A stretch of 64,000 nucleotides of DNA from Octopus sinensis. Lineage: Eukaryota. A program made the translations under genes and the position numbers. Numbering within the stretch: position 1 is the stretch's first letter; each line of letters begins with the position of its first letter. This document shows, piece by piece, positions 27,307-43,019 of the stretch. The DNA is taken from the NCBI RefSeq assembly GCF_006345805.1, contig NC_042998.1:71052001-71116000 (forward strand). The letters are read 5' to 3'. The notes under the pieces are model-generated. The model searched no databases. It saw only the letters and a list, made by a program, of their open reading frames with translations, and was not told the DNA's origin.

Positions 27307-28217
27307 TGTGCATCGTTAACCAGCTAGATGAGATGTCCTCTTGGGGTTCAAAAATCGCTGTAGAGTCCGCTGGAACGGACAACCATGTTAAAGTGGCTAC
27401 GAGTATTACTTGTCAGTACAAGTAATACTGCATTGATCGCTTAGAAAAAATTAGAACTAAATTTGCTATATTTTTTTCTAAATAAAGCTCTTTTAAATAT
27501 CCTATAATTGGGATATGGCGATAATTCTTCTGTTCACATAGCCCCCTCATTCATCAGCATCGTGCAATAAAACGCTCATCTTTGCTATATCTTTCTTTCG
27601 TCATAATCGTATACATGATAACCACAAAACTGTTACATCATCAAGACAGCTTTTATCAAAATAAGCTTCCACTTCAATCCGAATCTGAATATTTATCGGC
27701 TGTCTGCATAATAATATTCCATTATGTAGCAGGACTAGTTTATAATATCATTAGACAGAGAGACTAACATCCACTCACTAACACGTTGACATATTTGGAA
27801 AACAATAACAATGGCATGTTTCGCCGCTTTCTGTTTTGTCTTACACTAATACAAACTTTTCTGCACATTAAAACTTGCAACAAGGGTGCCAGCTTCTGAT
27901 GAAAGATATTCACTACATTAGTCCGTTGTTTTTTTCCTCTCAAATCTTTATCTTCTGTAATTCTTTCGTTGGCTATGCTTTTATTACTTCACTACTTACA
28001 TCAGTCAGCAGGTGATCAACAATAGCAGGATGGATTATCATCTACAGTGATGTCTCTTGGTTTCATCACAGTTAACATGTGGCCAAAAGACAAAAATAAT
28101 TTAGAATTAAATCGTTACTCCGGAATGATGGCCAGAAATAAATCAGAAATATGAAGTTTTATAATGTTTATAACGAAATTATTTCCAAATAATTGGTTTC
28201 CTCGTAGCTATAGCCCT

Positions 28218-28335
28218 GGATATCATCATGTCACGATCTCCTCCTCCACCTGACGGGTGGGAGTGGGAGGTGGAGTATAGTATTCTACTCACTGGAGCTT
28301 CAAATGAATGCTTGCAGTGTTTTACATTTTGATAA
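28218..28335 (+). repeat. Unclassified dispersed ~115-bp repeat, copy 1
   Basis: ATCATGTCACGATCTCCTCCT...TATAGTATTC...GAATGCTTGCAG recurs at 30473-30587. Confidence 0.75.
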
Positions 28336-30472
28336 ATCTAATACTCTGAGATTGATCAGTATATCGCTGGTCTTAGTTTCGAGATACTTATCTTCATAAG
28401 TGGCTATTAATCAGAAATTAAATATTAATAAATAGGAAAAAAATATAATTATAATAGCAATTCACGTTAAAAATCTAAAAATTCTTATTTAGTGAGAGAA
28501 GCAAGTAGAGCATTGTCCGAAAGTGGTGTGGAACTCGACCGCATCCTCATTATTATGTAAATAAATTAATTCAGCTCCAGTATTAGTATCAATATCACTT
28601 GTTCATCTTACGTCTCAAAAAATCGATAAATATTAAATAAGCTCACTATATTTAGAAAAATCTAATATGTCTTCCTGTCAGAGGAAATCTAGAGTGATTT
28701 ACCTCAAAATGAAACTGAATGTAAGGCAATATAGTACGAGTTATTTATAACAGTTATAATCAGCTATTGCTTTAGTCTCGACGTTTTCCATAACCTCTCC
28801 TGTTATTACTAGCCACAAAATATATGTCTACATTTCGTCTTTCATGTTCAGCTATTGAATTGTTCACGGTAACATTTGCTATTTTTTCACATTTATTTGC
28901 TTTTTTTCTTTTAGTATTTAACGAAAAGTAGCTTTTAATGTAATTACTGTTTAGATCTAAGTAGGAAATAAGATTAAATGACTAAATAAATCATAGTATT
29001 TTGTCTGGTAGAAAAGAATGAACATTGATATTTCTGAAGAACAAATAAATACACATTGTTATGTTGTTTGTGTTTTGCATATTCCATCATATATATTGCG
29101 ATGAGCACGCGTTTCACATCTGACAGACGAAACGACGTAGAAAATATTGAAATTGTCAGTGATAAAACGGTTTTCAAAATGAAGTGAAACTACCCCACAA
29201 GTGGTTGTATTACGTATGCTAGTCGACCCTCACTTGTCAAATACTTTCTGATTGCCATCGAAGCTACTTTTACGAGAGTTAAACTTCACTCCACTAATTA
29301 TCACTAGATACATAAATGAAATTATAAGCTCGATAGCGTGTGGGATTTGAGCTAATTAGCTAGGTTCTTTTTAAAGCTCAAGCTAATTTGCCGTCGCGTT
29401 GGACAGACACTAATAAAATAATTACAATTAAAAATATCTGATTGGAGAAACGAATACACTGTTGTATTTCCATAATTGTAATTTTCAAAGTGTCTAGTCA
29501 CCTTTTATAAGGTGTTAACTTCTGTATTGCGTCGCCTTACATGAATCTGTGTTACAGAAAAAATCTGACGGCGTAACAGTGTAAGAATGTCAATGTATTT
29601 CATCGATTTCTCCAAAGTATACATGGACGCCCTATATGCGAAAATGGCTTCCTTGAAGGTTCCGCGCTTTAGATATCCGATACACGTGTGTTCATTTCTG
29701 ACTGACATTTCAATGACTTACTCAAAGGTAGAAATACAACACTCCTAGTTTAAATCAGAGGATTAGGAAAATAATTTTATTATTCAAAGACCAGACAATT
29801 TGCCTGGATGTTTGCAATGGAGTGGATTTTGCAGGAGCTACCCAAGGGCAAGCTAGTGGTGTTGAAGTTGGTGACAGATTAGGGAGAATATTTTAAAACT
29901 ATTAATCTTTGTGACACTGCTACCTCGTTGTTTACACCATTTCCTATGTAGTAAGAAAGCAATGACCTTTTTTCTTCAAGTTTAATTATTCTGCCACTTC
30001 AGTCCCCAACCGTACGTATTTCTAAAACCAATGTCTGGCGTAGATCTTCCTAAATATCGACTATTGCTTTGTTACTACAGTTGAAATCTGGAACAGACTC
30101 CGTCCGAGTCTAATATGATAACATTATTCGCCTAAGTTTTCCTTCTCTTCCCTTCTGTGTTGGATGGGTAGAATGTTTGATTGGTGGATTGCTGTCAGAC
30201 TATGTCGTATGAAGGAATCCAACGTCATTCTCTCTTATATGCATACTATTAGTTTTATCTCCTTGTCTCTTATGTTGCTACTAATACAAACTTTCATATT
30301 CTCATTCCTTTGCCTCCTATTTTACCCTCTTCCCTCCCGTGCTTTACCTTCGGATCACACATATACGAAAATATATGCCACACTCCTCCATCTCTCTCAC
30401 ATACTAGATATCTATGAATCTGACTAACTCTCCAAAATATCAATGCTTTCGATTTCAATATCTAGGAGGTCT

Positions 30473-30587
30473 GGATAATATCATGTAACGATCTCCTCCT
30501 ACTTCCTGGCAGGAGTGTGGGTGGAATATAGTATTCGTCATCCTGGAGGTTCATAGGAATGCTTGCAGCGTTTTAGACTTCGATAAA
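30473..30587 (+). repeat. Unclassified dispersed ~115-bp repeat, copy 2
   Basis: Homologous to 28218-28335. Confidence 0.75.
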
Positions 30588-32223
30588 GGTACACAAAACT
30601 CAATGGTGAAGAACTTCTGCAGCAATTTTAATGTTCCTCCATTTTCTAGAATTATCAGCCAAATACCCTCAAATCATATCTTAGCATTTGAAGCAAGACC
30701 TATTAGATAATATAGATCAGATGGAGAAAAATAAAGATAGTATACCGGTAGATTGACAGCCTTTCTTGATAGGCTTGATTAAGGACAGCTGCTATGCACT
30801 TTGTTCTTCTTTATGTACCACCGTGACAGCAATTAAGAACATCTGTTGCTTTTTGTCTCACACACAATCTCGCAACTCATTAAGTTAGAGATCCTGTAGT
30901 AATTCTGTAAGGCCATCGAATAACTTACCTCTTTCGTTGTTTTCTTCAAGTTCTTCCTTTAAGATTTCTAGTTGTCACCAAGTACCCAAGTCAGTGAAAT
31001 ATCGTCTGTTATCTTTTATGTCTTTAGTTAGTTATCGGCAGTTTCTCTTTGTCCAAAGAGCTCAGCGTTTATTACATCTGTACGAAATTTAGTTTCTTGT
31101 TTGTATAGTGTTTGCAGATTCAGGTCGACAGCCATAAAGCAACATTACCTAAAATAAGTAAAATAAAACGTGTATAATAAATTTTAGATTATAATTAGAT
31201 GATAACTTTTGGAGGTGTACTTGCCAGACAAGTGACTTGTTCTGGCATCGTGTGCTGAAGCTAAAAAAGAAACCGATTCCAGCGTAAAATGTAGACATAG
31301 CGCATTCTACAACATCCCAAAATATCTCTCCGGTCGCAGTTTCTGCGACGCAAAGTTTGACACCAGTTAAAAATGTTTAAGTGACGTTAACAGTCTTTGT
31401 ATGCTTTTGAATGGCTAATATATGTTTTTCACTCTGCAATATGTAATTTAATCAGCCTATAAAACTTCCTTGGACTTTTTGTATTTTGCTTTAGCTTCAC
31501 CCTAACACAGTTTGTTTAGGGCCGAGGTAAAGGGTGTACCACCTTCGCCAATCCCGTTTGTGGTAAAGCATAGAATTTATTAACAGTGGTCTGTGTTTTG
31601 AGGGCGATTAGGCAGTTATTGGTTGCAACCGTGGTGAGTCTTTTTCGCTGGATGATCAATAGAACGTTAATAAAGATTGTATTTAATATTGGTGGCTTAC
31701 AATTTTTAACAGCATGTTTTTCTTATTTGGGAAACGTCTACATTCTGAAGGAAAGGACGTTAAATGGACTCCTCAAATATGGAATAACAATTTCTCACAA
31801 AATAACATCCATTAATTTGCAGACCTTAGTTTTTCATTTAATCTAATAATTAATTAGTTTCAGATAACTGATTGTAAAATAATTAATTCAGTCAGTAAAT
31901 TAGTGGTGGTTAATGGAATGTTTGAGACAAATATGGAGCTTAAATGGAACAAGTGTGAACTTCATGTCATGCGTTTGCGTGCTAGTGTATTCTTTGAGGT
32001 GTTTGTATGTGTATGGTTTAGTGCACGAGAATATTTCTCTAAATAAGATTGCACCTATGCGTATCTAAATATGTTAACATGTGGGGATAAATATAGCGAC
32101 TCGTGTAGATTTATCTTGGTAACATGTGTATGCGAGTATATGTATGTATGCCTGCATGTGTGCATTATGCATGCACGATCAAATGTATGTATATATATGT
32201 GTGTGTGTAACAATATATACATA

Positions 32224-32480
<257 letters not shown>

Positions 32481-33359
32481 CAGTTATATGAATGATACAA
32501 ATATATTTATGTGTAACTATACAGCCATGGATACACATACACATATATACATTCATACACATTTATAAATACATTAAATCAAACTGAAATATTTGCAGTC
32601 ATGTACACCCACACAATCACGTCCATACGATCACACATATATACCCATACATTCAATTATGCATACAGTTTCCTCAGTGCGTACGTTTGTGTGTATGTGT
32701 GCATACGTTTGCTTGTGCGCGTGTATGTGTAGGCTATTTACGTGTGAAGCCTGATAGTGAATTTTGATTAATAATTAAATAATTCTTCTTTCGAATAGAT
32801 CCAAATTAAACGGTCTGCTTGTTAAAATGGTCTAAATTATATTCAGAAATAGAATAAATGAATCAATAGAACTATTAGGTTGGTCTGCAATTCCAATGCA
32901 TATTTCAACGAAACTGAAAACTGCTGCTGCTTAACTAAATGAAGTTCCTACATGGACGGTAGACCTGCTAAAAATAACACACAAATACCTCTCAATATTA
33001 GATATATAATCCTGCAAGCTGAAAAATAAAGAAAAGAAGCTCCCCAAAACTGATGACACATGAATGTTCTTCTTTTTTTATTACAGGACCAATCAATCAT
33101 CCTTGATTTAGGTTTACAACAGAAGTAACAAAACATGATATTCTTAGTTTCGAATAAATAGTAACAATACACACACGCAAACAAACACACCAACATGCAC
33201 ACACATACACACACACACACAGTCACATACATACTCGCACAGTCATACACTTATTGCTTTTATATATATGATTATACATTCATATATAGGTATATGCTCA
33301 TATACATACATACATATGCACACGCACATACACACACAAACACGTACATATTTTTTAAA

Positions 33360-33412
33360 TTTTATTTTATCTAGTTTCAGCTCACGAGCTATGGCCATGC
33401 TGAGGCACCGAC
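33360..33412 (-). mobile_element. Short SINE 3' tail fragment
   Basis: CTAGTTTCAGCTCACGAGCTATGGCCATGCTGAGGCACCG is homologous, in reverse complement, to 53330-53385. Confidence 0.7.
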
Positions 33413-34050
33413 ATTTTTATATATGTATGATGTATATATATATATGTATATATATATATATAAGAATAAATGTTTTTATATATAAAGAACGTGAAATACA
33501 GGAAGGGACGAACACGGAACACAGACAAATCATTCGAAGCCTTCAATCTTCAGTCAGACACCGAATCATCATAGCAAATTTCGGCTGTTCAATTCTGATA
33601 TTTGCTCCAACTCGGCCAGCCCCAAGACAAAAACTAAGCTGTAAGCATTAGATTTCTTGGTAGAAGACAGGAATGTGAACGCACAAGACGGATGTAAATA
33701 CAAGAGACGAAAACGAAATTGAAAACAGTAATGGATAAACAAAATATAACGATGGTTGTCTTACGACTTTAGACCAAATGAGACAAAAACAACAACAACA
33801 TAGCAGCTGGCGTAGAAATAATTACCGTTTCGGTAGAGGGGACACATGTTGGTCGAGATACGATCGCCAACAGAATGGTTAAGAAGCAGCAGGTTGCAGG
33901 AGAGAGAGAGAAAGAGAGACAGAGAGAGAGGGAATCAAAGAGGGTGGAAGGTAGGGGACAGAATCAGTGACCAAGAGAAAAGGAGAAAGAAGGGATTATG
34001 GAGGATGGGAGGAAGAGGGGGGAAGAATCGGAGGGCGCCAAAATAGTTTG

Positions 34051-34142
<92 letters not shown>

Positions 34143-34239
34143 ATTTATAATAAGAGTAGATCGTATACAAGTGTGTATATATTTGTAAAAAAAAGTTTGA
34201 AAACGCCACTACATTAGATAAATTTTAATTTTCTTATGA

Positions 34240-34284
34240 ATTTTACATGTTTCGGTTCTTGAAAAAACGAACCTTATCAAAAAT
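34240..34284 (-). ncRNA. Minimal type I hammerhead ribozyme, U3-A8 covariant core
   Basis: ATTT-TTGATAA-GGTTC-GTTTTTTCAA-GAACC-GAA-ACATGT-A-AAAT: all catalytic positions present, GUA cleavage triplet, same strand as the PLE ORF and ~490 nt downstream of its stop. Confidence 0.75.
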
Positions 34285-34770
34285 ATTATAAAAAGTGCAA
34301 TAGAAAAGTTCATTGTTGTTTCTTACTGGTCTCAATAGAATCCATGTGGTGGTGTTTTGTCGGTAGTTGGTATAATCGCTATATTATAGTTGCGTTTAGT
34401 AAAGAAGTTCATTATTCTTTCTTGCTGGTATCAAAAGGAACCGTCCTTGTGTTCCAATGGAATGGTGGCAGCAGTAGTGATTGTTGGTCATAGTAGTAGT
34501 AACCGTGTTGGTGGTTGGGGTTGCAGCAGCTTATTGGTTGTGGCGGCTAGCAGTTACTGTTGGTCGTAGCTTTGGCAACTGTGGTGGTGGTTGGGGTTGT
34601 GGCAGTTAAGTTGTGGCCGTAGCAGCCGCAGTAGTAGAGGACTGTTGATCGTAGCAGCAATAGTAGTGACCACGGTAGTTGTAGTAGTAGTGATAGTGGA
34701 GGCAGTCGTAGTGATCGTGGTGGCTGTGGTAGAATTTCCTTTTTCCTTTTCGGAAGGCCAATGTTTTGTT

Positions 34771-35475
34771 TTAATATTCCTGGCCCAGGGTGTTCAAACT
34801 TGGTATAAATTTTTTGATGAAATAAAGTTCTTTATTTTGGCGTTGGGTGAAGGTTACGCTGTCACTGAATTTGTAAAGTGGGTAAGTTGTAAATTTCGGA
34901 TTTTCACTTGAAGCACATATATCTATGTGTCCGCTGACTGGTATTTTCCGGTATTCAGGATTTCTAATTTGGGATTTATGCACCGCCATCCTTTTACGTA
35001 AGCTATTTTTTGTATGGACTATATACTGCCTATTGCAACCTGCGCATGTTAAGACGTAAATTAAGTTTTCTGATGCACAGGTGAAGTTTGTTCTAATGGT
35101 GAACTGATGGCCTTGTTCTAGTATAAATTCTGAACCTTCTACCAAGATGACACAGATTCCGGAGTTGGGCTTTCCACATTTTCTAACTGCTGGTTTTGTG
35201 GTTGATGTTGAGTGCAGTTTAGCTTGGGTTAAAATCCTTTTCAAAGATTTTGGTTGCCGTTTACTTTTAATGATGGTGTGTGTTTCGAGGATCCGGTTCA
35301 TCTTTGGGTCTCCCTTTAGTAGGGCTCTGCTTTGTAGTATGGTGCTGAAGGCCTCATTGTTAAGTGGGATGTGTGTAGAGATGTAGGGAAGGGTTTTTAA
35401 TTTTTCTTTCTTTTTTGGTTTTGTTTGTCTCAGGTCTTCTATACTTAATTTAAGTGCCCGTTGGATTGCACTGAA
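34771..35475 (-). pseudogene. PLE ORF C-terminus with GIY-YIG endonuclease, probably inactive
   Basis: The YIG motif reads YIV; the RT domain is missing, replaced upstream by mariner sequence. Confidence 0.85.
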
Positions 35476-35477
35476 CC

Positions 35478-36113
35478 GAAAGAACAGCGTGCTTCCGTGA
35501 AATTCTCTTTTCTGCTGGGGAAAACGGCGGCCGAAACAGTTGCCATGCTTCAAACAGCTTCCAAGGACGGTGCCATGTGCAAGACACAAATTTAGAAGTG
35601 GTCTCCACGCTTTAGGAATGGTCACTTGTCTCTTGAAGACCAACCTGGTTCAGGACGACAGTTGACCTCCCGAAAGAAAGAGAACATCTTGAAAATTCAT
35701 GAACCGATCTTGGAGGACTGTAACCAAACCGTTAACAAAATTGTTGATATGATTGGTGTGTCCTTGAGCTCCTTACAACGAATTTTGAGCCAAGAATTGC
35801 GAATGAAGAGAGGTGAAGCAAAAGTTGTGCTTCGCTTCCTTACGGAAGACCAAAAGCTGTCACAACTGAATGCGTGCCGTGAAGTGAAAGAACAATCGGA
35901 AAATTGATCCGGATGTTTTTTCGAAGGTCATCACTGGTGACGAAAGCTGGTGATGAACAAAAAAAAAGAAATAGAAAAAAACCCACAGAGGCAAGAATTT
36001 CAGTACTGCATTGCATAGTGGAACACGCACCTGGAAAACGCACCTGGACCGATGCATCTAAGTGAATAAAATAATATTGAAAATTCCTGGTTTCCCTCGG
36101 GTACACCTTCGTA
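35478..36113 (+). mobile_element. Decayed, internally deleted mariner element
   Basis: EQRASVKFSFLLGKTAAETVAMLQTA...SLEDQPGSGRQ...LTEDQK...KVITGDESW; ends CACCTTCGTA followed by TA (TIR-like end plus TA). Confidence 0.87.
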
Positions 36114-36123
36114 TATACGTACC

Positions 36124-36393
36124 TTTTATCTTTTACTTGTTTTAGTCACTTGACAGTGGACACGCTGGAGCCCCGAAAAGATTGACCATAGGACATATTT
36201 TTGTAAGTCTGGTTCTTATTGTATCGGTCATTTTTTTACTGAACCGTTCGATTACGGGGACATAAACGTACCAATACCAGTTATCAAGCGGCATTGGTGG
36301 GGAAGAAATGCAGACACAAAGACTCACATACACGCATACAGACATCCGTGCATGTATACATGCATGCATGCGTACATACGTATATATGTATAC

Positions 36394-36450
<57 letters not shown>

Positions 36451-36625
36451 TACATATATACATATATACTAGACGCTTTTTGCAGTTCCTTCTATCAAAT
36501 AAACTCACATGGCTTTGGTCGGCACTAGGCAATAGTAGAAGACAAGTGTCCAAGGTGCCACGCAGTGGGCCTGAACCTAGAACCATGTGGTTGGGAAGAA
36601 AGCTTCTTATCACGCAGCCACGCCT
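36124..36625 (-). mobile_element. Complete decayed SINE, family A, with internal (TA)n/(TG)n microsatellite
   Basis: Head AGGCGTGGCTGCGTGATAAGAAGC...GGTTCAGGCCCACTGCGTGGCACCTTGG, then a microsatellite, then a tail homologous to 1-116. Confidence 0.82.
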
Positions 36626-37744
36626 ACAGTTAATATAAAATGTTACTAGAATGTCACTACAGGAACATATTTATAAACATCGCTAAACCTACCAGTTATG
36701 ATTCCATAGCATTATGGCTTCAATTTAAATAAACACTTAAATCAAGACTGGAATATTTACGTCGATAGGATGAGAATCTTCCGGAGAAAATGATCCATGA
36801 ATAATTAAAACTGTAAACTCACCATGTAATCGAAATTTCACGACAGAATTATTTAGTGTAGAAATTATTCATAAATATTCTCTGTGTTTCTGTGATAACA
36901 ACATATTTTATTTGAGAAATAACCAATTGAGATTTCTCTCATTGTCGTAATATACATTATGAACTTTGCAGAAAATATCTTTATTGCAAATATTGTTTAC
37001 GCAACAAGGCAAGAGTAAGAGAAGCCCCCGATATTTCAATAAATATAATCGTGAGATATTCTCTTTATTTCACATTATATCCCTGCAGAAATTCTATATT
37101 GCTTACAGAGCTATAAAGTAACACATCATCTGGTAAATACTATCGCGTTTATATCTAAAATGGACATATTTGAGTGCATCTGACAAGATAAAGTAAATAG
37201 GAAGGAAATACAAATAGGTGAGTAAAGTAGTAAAATCTGAATGTAAACCGATGTAGCTCTCGCAAATTTGAAGTAAATGTTCAAACATAGAATGCTTGTA
37301 TGTATGTATATATATGTGTATATGTGTGTGTGTGAATATGCGTATATAAATATATATGTGTACACACACATATATACGTATATATATATGTATATATATA
37401 TACATGTATATATGTAAAAGCAAATATATATACAAATTCACGCACACACATATATACAGACATACATGTGTGGGGGATTATATAGTTACACTTATATTCT
37501 TATATAAAGGCATATGTTGATTCCAGTTGAACTCTGTCGTCACACATGAAATATTACACTTCCTTCTATACTGCGGTTTGTTAAGCAAACAAGGCTTCGT
37601 AGTTTCTACTGTGTTTCTTTGAAATCGCATGGTTTCAGTCCCGATCGCATCGTGCGGTTCGCACTGGCCGGAATTTTCGGCAAGTGCCTTCTATCACAGC
37701 GTAGATTTAAGGGTGAGATACTGCGTCCTGCCGCCTGTAAATGT

Positions 37745-38062
37745 CTTATGTTGGTTTCAAATTTTGGAGCTAGGTCGGAGATTACTGGCGAGGGATTATG
37801 TCCATTATATCGGTCCCAGTGATCAACTGTTACTTATTTTATCGATCCCGAAATGTTAAAGTCAAAGCCGATACTTGTGACATTTGAACACAGAAAGTAA
37901 AGACAGGTGGAATGCCGCGAGATAGGTACTTAATTTACGAACACCGGAGGATGAAAATTTAAGTTGACGTCGGCTGAAGTTGAACTCAGAACGTAAAGAC
38001 AGACGAAATGCCGCTAAGCATTTTGCCCAGCGTGCTAACGATTCTAGCAGCTCGCTGCCCTT
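37745..38062 (-). mobile_element. Two tandem or nested family B SINE remnants
   Basis: GAACTCAGAACGTAAAGACAGACGAAATGCCGCTAAGCATTTTGCCCAGCGTGCTAACGATTC plus a second partial copy from 37745. Confidence 0.8.
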
Positions 38063-38489
38063 TGTAACAGTCTGATATTATCATCTGGATTACGACTGTC
38101 TTTAGGGACGACTAATTTTTTGTAAGCCTTCCTGTCAGGTATCCTGTCTAAGATATCTTGCACGGGGTTTCTTCCTACTCTTACGCAAATATCTCGGAGG
38201 CCTTGCCAAGAACTATCGATCTAGAGCCTCATTTCTTTATGTCATAAAATTCTAAGAAATTGACGTCCTTCTTGACCCCAGTCCCAGAATATATTTTATC
38301 AACTTTTATACGCCAGCTTTCTTGTTGGGTTAGAACGTATACTTTCCCATTAAAATTTAATATTCATCAATGGCTGTCGTAAATGAGAAATCTTAAACGT
38401 ATAAAGAACCGTATAATATACGTTCGCCATGGGAAACTCTAACATGGTTCAGCCTCCCATGATAAACAAGCTTAAAGAAAAGTCAAGTA

Positions 38490-38580
38490 GATGTGTCGAT
38501 ATGTTTGATAAAAATTCTTCAAGGCGGTGCCCCAGAATGGTCGCAGCCTAAAGACTGCAATAAGCAAGAGAAAGCAGATA
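38490..38580 (+). mobile_element. Decayed SINE family A tail
   Basis: AAGGCGGTGCCCCAGAATGGTCGCAGCCTAAAGACTG. Confidence 0.7.
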
Positions 38581-39374
38581 AAAATAACAAACATGATGTA
38601 TTACTTTGACCCTCATTAAAATGGGAAAAAATCCCCGACGTTTCGGGACACTTTACTTTCTACAGAAAGGAAAAAGGGCAGCAAACAATGGAGAGGAGAA
38701 AAGAAAACGAAGAGTGAAAAATGTCTCTGGATTAAGGAGGTAACAACTCGAAATGGCCGGCAGGCTGTAGGTTGGTGGAAAGGGAGACAACAGTATACTG
38801 GCTAAAGTTTGAACGCAAGTGTTCTATGTACGTCAGGATAAGGTGTAGGAGTGAATATGTGTGTGTGGGTGAGCGCGTGTGCATGAGAGAGAGAGTGAGT
38901 ATGCATGTGTGTGTATGTGGGAGGGGGAGTATCAGAACGTTAAGGAAGATTATTTGATCGACTGTATGCGTACGTATGTGTAAATAAGTAAGCGTGCTGT
39001 GTGGAGTGACGTGAGCGTGTGTGCTCCGTGTATTATGTGTGCGTGTGTATGGACGTGAGTACATGTCTGCGAATGTGTGAGGCTGTGTAACATATATCTC
39101 TGTGAGGCTTTTCAGATATGTGTGTATGTAAACGCTTGTGTGTAGTATATGCTATGTGCAAGTGGCGTGTGGCTGTTTATTCTTGCGTATGTATGCGTAT
39201 GTGTGCGGAAATTGTTTGTGCGCCTCTCTTGTGTATGTCGGCGAGCTTACATATATAAGTATTGGTTAATACTAAACATTAATGTAACTTGTAACTTCTG
39301 AACGCCGAACGTCATTTAGACTTTCAACGTTCCAGAGTAGATAACACAAGTACATAGTAATAATAAGGTATGTT

Positions 39375-39422
<48 letters not shown>

Positions 39423-39695
39423 TGTGTGTGTGTATGTGTGTGTGTACGTGTGTTACATTCAGTTTTATTTCAAGATTTTTTGCCAATTTGGGAAAAAGCC
39501 TGTATGTGACCTAGATTCAAGCCTCCTTTATGGGAATTTCACTATTAACAACAGGCTATTTTTATATGTATGTATGTATGTATGCATGTATGTATGTACG
39601 TATCTATGTATGTATGTATGTTTGTATGTATGCATGTATTTAAGTGTGTGTATGTACGTATGTACGTACATATGTATATATGTATGTATATATGC

Positions 39696-41526
<1,831 letters not shown>

Positions 41527-42955
41527 GTACCTTGTCGTACCTTGTCCCGACCCTACCATCGGACCGTCGTACCTTGTCCCGACCCTACCATCACCAAACT
41601 ACAACGCATCCTCTTTCGCTTCTTGTGGAAAGGATGCGTCCCGATGGTCAGGCGATCCATTTGCTGTCAACACCCGTTAAAAGGAGGGCTGGGCATGCCG
41701 TGGTTGATGATGCGCAGACACGCGCTGAGACTGCGACATCTCTGGCTCTATGTAGACGACGGTGAACAGGTGTGGTCGCCGTTTGTGAGGCACGCTTTCC
41801 CGCAGCTCGTCTCCATGACCGAACTGCAGTCGTGGATCAAAAAGAGGCCGAGGAAGGGCGAATGGCACCGCGAGTGTCGCGTTGCTCTCAAGCAACTCTG
41901 CCGTCCTGGGTCGACCTTAAGTGACTTCAACACAACCAAAGCATTCTATAGGGGTTTAGTGGAGGGGAGGTACGACGACGAGCTCGGGGCGAACCTGGAC
42001 GTCGACGAGGAGTACCTGACCCGCCTGTTCAGGACGACTTTCGGGCCAGGGCCCATGGACAACTTCCAGAGATCCCTGGCCTGGCAGTGCTACCGGGAAG
42101 CGCTACCCGTCGGGATAAGCTCTACAGACACGGCTCGAGAAACACGGGGCCGACCTGCCCGAGATGCGGTCAGAGCGACGAAACCGTTCTGCACGCACTC
42201 GTTCAGTGTCCAACAATTTCCGACCTGTGGGCTTATGTCGAACAACTGCTGTCACGTGTGGGACGAGTCGGTTTATCAGCTGAGTCTATCGTCAATATTG
42301 TCACGCCTCCTTCCTTCAAACGGGAAGGAAGAGCTATTTTCATCATCCTTGTGGCTATGGCGAAAGAATGTATCTGGTGGACGCGTCTGAAAGGATTGGA
42401 GACAAACACCTTCCTCTCTGGTCAATCTCTCATCAACTTCTTCAAGTACCACTTGAAAAGGAAAGTGAGAGTAGAGAGGCAAGTTTTGTCTAGCGAATGT
42501 TTTAAAAAAAGATGGGTGAATGTAGCAAGAATGGCACGTATGAATGACGAAGCCACCTTGAGCATAGTCCTATGAACCCAGAAATCGAAAACAGAGAGTT
42601 GCTTATTTGCAAAAAAAAAAAAAAAAAAGAAATATAAAATGCGACTTCATTGACCGAGGTTACCGTGGTCTTTTCCGTAGGCTTTTCTTTCCACGGGTAA
42701 ACCTCACCTGTCCTCCCCTTTACACTTCATATTGACATTTCTGTGATAACGATCCCTATTGATCAATTTTTTTTCCTCTCCCCCCTTTTTTTTAACCCCC
42801 CCCTTTTTTGTCCTCTTTCTCCCCTTTTACGATCCCTTTTGATCGAAACTCCCCTCTTTCCTTTTTTTTTTTTTTTTTGTAAACCTTCAAAAGAAAAGCT
42901 CTACCTTGTAATTTGTTCTATCTGTGTGCAGCCCTGTGTGGCTAATAAAGAAACA

Positions 42956-42957
<2 letters not shown>
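41527..42957 (+). mobile_element. Tx1-like element, copy 2 (virtually identical to copy 1)
   Basis: Same 5' junction, 1620-bp period, stop at 42575; a different 1-bp frameshift near 42110. Confidence 0.9.

Positions 42958-43019
<62 letters not shown>

Larger units (their letters stand above)
34200..35475 (-). mobile_element. Penelope-like element (Neptune-like), 3' portion: GIY-YIG region, low-complexity 3' UTR and hammerhead
   Basis: ORF 34771-35643 contains KRQPKSLKRILTQAKL, a Cys-rich linker (RKCGKPNSGIC), FTCASENLIYVLTCAGCNRQYIVHTKNSLRKRMAVHKS and a terminal SLNTLG. Confidence 0.9.

Noticed and set aside
29105-29140. CTGACAGA-C-GAAACGACGTA motif
   Set aside because: No stem II and no stem I.
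30929-30967. Possible minus-strand micro-exon (ILKEELEENNER|GTAAGT)
   Set aside because: Weak acceptor and no supporting homology.
34771-35643. 290-aa ORF as a single novel protein
   Set aside because: The N-terminal ~55 codons are the antisense of a mariner transposase remnant; the rest is a truncated PLE ORF with YIG changed to YIV. It is a chance read-through.
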